This document shows positions 58,007 through 64,000 of a stretch of DNA of 64,000 nucleotides, one piece after another; position 1 is the stretch's first letter, and the number at the start of each line of letters is the position of its first letter. Under the pieces are notes generated by a model. It was not told the origin of the DNA. It saw nothing but the letters and a program-made list of their open reading frames with translations, and made no database searches. This DNA is from the human T2T-CHM13v2.0 reference genome, Homo sapiens. The stretch lies in the NCBI RefSeq assembly GCF_009914755.1, contig NC_060925.1, one strand, 5' to 3'. The position numbers were made by a program, and so were the translations under genes.

Positions 58007-58016
58007 GTCAGAATGA

Positions 58017-58358
<342 letters not shown>

Positions 58359-59082
58359 CCTGATTCCTCTTTTTCCTAAAATTACTTAAGCACATGTATA
58401 TTAAACAAATGACTTTTCATAGTGGACTTACTCATAAACCAGTAATTAAAGTCTTGATGTGTGCAGAAATGCAAAACATTTCCCAGTCTGATTTTTGGGG
58501 CCTCTCTCTTATAAGGGTTTGCTTTCCCATAATGTATCGTCTGCTCAGTGTGCTTGCCACACTATCTGTGGTGACAATGTATTGTCATTCTCTTGGTCTG
58601 ACTGCTGGGAGATCACAGGGAGCTGAGTGCCGCTGAGTTAAACAGATGTTCAGCATGGCTGCATCTTCAAAGTTTTGTCTGGTTCCAGCCCTGACGAAAC
58701 TTCTAGGGCCCTGAGAGAAAGAGAAAGTTTCTAGTTGAAGTAATATCCTATAGTTTGTTAGTGGAAACAGAAGCACGTGGTTTCTGATTTGGTTCTGGTG
58801 TTCTCTTTGGAGATTTGTATCAGTGATGAAAAAAAGGAAAGGTTGGTTAAGTCTGTTGCCTCCTGAAGTGGTTCTTTTTATCAGAATAAAGACTAGGCAT
58901 CATCTCCTCTATGAACTTTTTCCTGACACTCCTGTTCATCTTCCATGCTGGACCCATTAGGATTAATCACCTTCTCCTTTGAGTTACCCATATATGTTAT
59001 CTTTAGGTCTGCTACAGCCTTCGCACTGTCTTACAACTAATTGTATATAAGTCTAGCTTCCCTATGAGGCACTGGGTTTTAT

Positions 59083-59542
59083 ATGCATTAGATCCATTTG
59101 CCCTGCAATAAGCCACCCCAAAACTTAGTGGCTTAGAACAATAGCCATTAATTTAGCTCATGATTCTGTGGAATCAGCAGGTTGGTCTGGGCTCAGTAGG
59201 GCTCAGCTGCTTTCTGATGGGACTCACTCATATGGTTGGCTGGGGGCTGGCTGATTGATGACTGGGATACCTCACTTATTCTCTTGTGGTTTCCCATCCT
59301 TCAACGGGCTAGTTCAGACTTGTTCACATGATGTCAACAGGGTTCCCAAAAGCATCAACAGAGCATATCCTTTAATGTACAAGAACTTTCAAATTTCTGC
59401 TTCTGATACATTTGCTTCTGTCCCACTGTCCAGAACAAGTCACATGGCTAAGCCCAGAGTTATTGTGTGAGAGCACTACAAAAGGGTGTGAATACAGGGA
59501 TGTGTGAGCAAATGGGGCATTACTGCAATCAGTCCACTACAT
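59083..59542 (-). mobile_element. MLT1 (F-J-like) LTR
   Basis: ccaccccaaaacttagtggcttagaacaat...ttactgcaatcagtccactaca. Confidence 0.75.
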
Positions 59543-59826
59543 GTTCCTTGATGTCAGGGTTACATCTCAACCATCTTTTCATCTCTAGATCCTATCATGT
59601 TGCTTGGCACAAGGTAGTTGCTTGGGGAATGGTGAATTGATCTATACAGTTATCTAGTCCGTTTAGCATCCCCTCAAACTTGGGTAAACTCCAGGGCACA
59701 AGGAGGGCATTAGGCAATGTTCTTAGATGCTGAGCTTTAAGGGAGTTTTTGCAGCTGGCTTTTGATGAGGAAAGTCTATGGAGAGAAAATGGGTATGGCA
59801 CTTGGTAAAAAAAAATCGGGAGATTG

Positions 59827-59938
59827 TTTTACGGAAAAATAAAATTTCTTACCTCCTAAGCAAAACATCAAAACATCAAAATTTTATTTTTTACGGAAAA
59901 GTAAAATTTTTTACCTCCTAAGCAAAACATCAAAACAT
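59827..59938. repeat. 62-bp-period direct duplication
   Basis: ttttacggaaaa(a/g)taaaattt(c/t)ttacctcctaagcaaaacatcaaaacat occurs twice. Confidence 0.92.
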
Positions 59939-62900
59939 ACATACTTATGTTGTACTTTTATTTTTCTTTCAAAGAATGTTCCTCATGTTAATTTAATCTG
60001 GCTTTATTTTGTGAATAACTAGGGAGAGAGTACATAGCCATGTTTGACCTGGGCCCCATATTCTCAGAGTCAAGGCCTCTGAAAAATTTTTTGAAAGTTT
60101 GAATAACCAGGAATAGAATCATCCTTAAACCTATGTGATGCGGGCTGCTTTCTTAGGCCTAAAATTTTAGAGGGCCTTGCTGTTTTTTCTGGCGTTGCCT
60201 ATCCCCATCTTGCTAGTATTGGGGTGTCAAAGATGTGACAGGGGATATGCCCACCTAGAGCTTGAACCCTTCTACCTTCTAACCCATGTAGCAGGAAACT
60301 GGGACTCTAAAATTCTCTGCCTAAATGGGCTCAAGCTGCTTTCAGGACCTGTGTGGGCTCCTTTGCTTTTCTCCTAAAGGCAGACTCTACCAGTGTATAC
60401 CCTTTCTAGGCCCAAGGGGTGGCCAAGGGTAGCTGTTTGCACAGTGAGGGTTAGGGGGTGGATAGATCTTGGACTTTGGTTTGGGGTGCTTATAACCTTG
60501 CTTTGGAGACCCCTGAGGGTACAGGATGAAACTGAGAGTAGGATGAGATGTTGACGGGCCTTAGGCTAGGGACCACTTTGACCGGACTGTCAAGATTGGG
60601 GGTGGCCTGATTAGGGATCTCATAAGGCTGTTGACAGGAGTGGAATCTTCCATGGGAGCAATAGTCAGATTTGTCTCAACTTAAATTCTGGGAATTTTGC
60701 TAAAATAAGAATGGCTTCTGAGATATAATGAGCTAAACCTGAAATGTTGGTTCTTGTAAATACATGGTAAAGGCGTGAGATTAGAATTTCTCTTTTAGGA
60801 AACCTGTCAAATTGTTAAGCTCCTTTTCCTCTTTTATTTGTGATCTAAGTGATTTGTCTATACAGCCTCACAGATAGTAGATCCAGTCAGTACCAAGTAC
60901 ATGTGACTTTAGCGTTTGTCTATAAATCAGATGGCCACTTAATGGGTATATAATAGAAGGGATGGTAATAGAGGTTCATACTGAGGCATTTAAAATTGTT
61001 TTAAGAAGATTCAGAGAGGGAAAGTTTGAGGCAAAGGGAACACAAAAAACAAGGGGATACTGGTATCACTGTGGCTGGAACAAATTTTAATGATGCTTTT
61101 CTGGTTCCCACTTCCCCAACCCATTTTTTTTTTAAAGAATCTATGGCCAATCACTGCTTGCTTGAAAAATTGCCTTTGTTATTTACATTATGCTTTTAGG
61201 AATTTTAGAATGATATGAGAGTCTGTAATAGAAGAGTGAGAATCAAAGCTTATTGTTTCCAGGCTATGGCTTGAATTTGAAATAAGAAAGGCAAAAATAC
61301 AAGTTTTAATCTTTCTAACCTGAAGATTAGGTTAAGAAGTCATTAGTAGTGAACAAGTGTCTAGTAATTTCATTTATAAGGCATTTGATTAATGACTACA
61401 CTATAAACATTATTTCCAATGCACACAGCTCTCTTAAAGCCAACTTTTTTTTTGTGAGTTGGCACAGATTTGTCATCGTTTCTGGTTTAATGTTTTGAAA
61501 GAGTCATTATACAATTCCTTAGAAGAAAGTTATTTCCCTTTGGTTATAGTAAAATTGTATTTTAATGTGATGTGATTTGATAATAACGTAAAATCGTCAA
61601 ATACAAGGGCAGGAGAAGGTAGATTTATTAGGTAATTGAATTACTAGAGATGCTATTGCTGTGAGAGAAAACTCAATTACCTGTGGGCTGTGGACAAAGA
61701 GCTTCCTATTTCCTGATGGGGATCTAAAATTGATTAGCTTCAGGCTTGTAGAAGTCTTCTGCTATTATTAATAGAATCAAGAATTATAGAAATAGAGGAA
61801 TTTTAGAAATCATCTAATCTACTATCCTCACTTTAAAAGTAAGGATATTGAGGTGAAAGGTCCCATGTCCAAGGCCACACTGCAGTCAGTGACTGGGGCC
61901 AGAACCCAAGACTGTTCCCCTGAACTAGGGACTGTTACTTCGAAATACAGACAATATCTGTTCTTGGTCCATAGAGTATATATTTTGAGGGCAGGGTCTT
62001 TCTTAAAAAATGTCTTCTGTATACTATTTAAAAGATTTTCCATAGTTTTCATGGATGCATAAACTATAAAGCCAAATTCTTGGCCTGTTTATAAGTTCTT
62101 TGGTTTGACTTTGTTATTGCCAGGGTATCTCAGTGTAGCAAAATAACTCCATTCTTTATAGATCTTTTTCTGATGATTTATGGGAAACTTAAGATAAACC
62201 TTTAATTAATTTATTTTTTTTTGTTTACTTTGTTGACTGGATAAAATTCTTTCACGTGGTTCAAAAAAATCTCTGCTGTATTTTAACATTTCTTTGATAA
62301 TCTCTAAACACTTTTGTGTAACTTAAATATGTGTCAATGTATATGCATATCTGTAGATTTGAGAAAATCTGGGGATTTATTTAATTCATTATTAATTTAT
62401 TGTAATCAAGTTGGTAAATTATTTTAAGGCATCATCTAATATGTTTTTTTTCCACTGTCTTTTTTTTTCTCAATAGGGATGAATGGGACCTTCAGGATGT
62501 ATGTAAAACAATCCTTATAGGTGAAAATCTAATTGATTTTTGAAAGTCAAAAAGGATTTTGATTCTATTATGTTCTCTGAAACCTGTCTTGTATTTGAAT
62601 ACCCATATGGTCAAACAGTTCTTGGTTATATCCTACTGAAGCTTTCTTCTTTTTTTTTTTTAGTCTTTTTTTTTCTTCTATTCTCTTATAGTTAGAAATC
62701 AGCATGTTTTGACAATTATATATTAAGAATCTAGGAGTTAAGTAACAGAAATTTTTCTTTATCATTAGAAAAATCATTTGCTTGTGAAGTGTGAAAAAAG
62801 GGTAATGTTATATTTGTAGTAGAGTTTTGAAGCCAGATCTCAAGGCTATACAGTTAAAGGATAGTGGAGCTGGGAATAAAACCAAGGTCAAATGAAATTC

Positions 62901-63566
62901 ATTCTCACTTAGAGTAGGGGGGGAATAATGTCATTTCCCCAGAGAACATACTCTGTAGCTATTAGAAACATTTAAAAGAATTTTTAATATGGATTATAAA
63001 ACTGGCATAGATTTAAAAATAATAGCATCCTAATGTCAACTGGGAGTGTAATTCTGCAGTATAGAGGAAAGGATGCAGAAATAGGTCTCAATCTCCATTT
63101 GCTTGGCCTCCTGACCTCGAGTAAATAATTTAACTGTTTTCAGTCTCGGGATGATAATACCTGTTTTTCTAAACTTCTAAGGTTATTATGAGGGTCAAAT
63201 ATGATAATACAACAGTGCTGTGTGGATGTGTTAGCATGAAGCCAGAGCATCTGATGCATTCTTGTTTTATCTTGCCAGCAGTGGTGTCATCTCTTTGAAG
63301 GTGGACAAAGCAGTGGGGAGAATTGCAATTCTATATCTTGAAATAACTAACAAAGATATCTTGGTCATAAGGTCTTAAAGAAATTCTGGGAAAAGGTGAC
63401 CATATAAGAGTTTATAATATCAAAGCAAGGCAGCATTGGGTATCATTTTTTTAAAAGTAGATTTTAAGAAGCTTAGAAACAAAGTAGATATTTTAGAAGG
63501 GATTGTGACTCATGAGGATGGTACGTAAGAAGAAAATGAAATTCTGATTATTTACTTACGAATGAT

Positions 63567-63867
<301 letters not shown>

Positions 63868-64000
63868 GTGAATTTAAATAGGAGAGAGAGGCGTATGGAC
63901 AAGGTGATTTATTAAAAATAAAACAAAACAAAACGACAACAACAAAAAACCATGGACTATATTTATATATTCTCTAGCCATAAAGTATGTGAATAATATT

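Overview
This is primate, almost certainly human, genomic DNA at the 5' end of the dynamin-3 gene (DNM3, + strand). About 15.6 kb of repeat-rich upstream sequence leads into a CpG-island promoter and coding exon 1 (16250-16410, [53 protein letters not shown][R], GTPase P-loop). The remaining ~47.6 kb is intron 1; I did not find exon 2 in the window. Most other sequence is interspersed repeat (Alu, L1, L2, MIR, THE1/MLT1 MaLR LTRs including a complete THE1 provirus, DNA transposon relics), and the supplied ORFs are essentially all repeat-derived or chance. Two themes stand out. (1) Intron 1 carries several candidate unproductive-splicing signals: a possible recursive splice site or 13-nt poison microexon at 47283-47301, a 102-nt poison exon followed by a terminal exon with AATAAA at 38785-39320, and a 35-nt cassette at 25603-25637. 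(2) There are several fossil template-switch events: a 93-bp inverted copy pasted into an Alu from 2.2 kb away, a 153-bp AT-rich palindrome, and a micro-inversion in an Alu. The splicing candidates are motif-level inferences and need RNA data. I see no evidence for a new protein-coding system.
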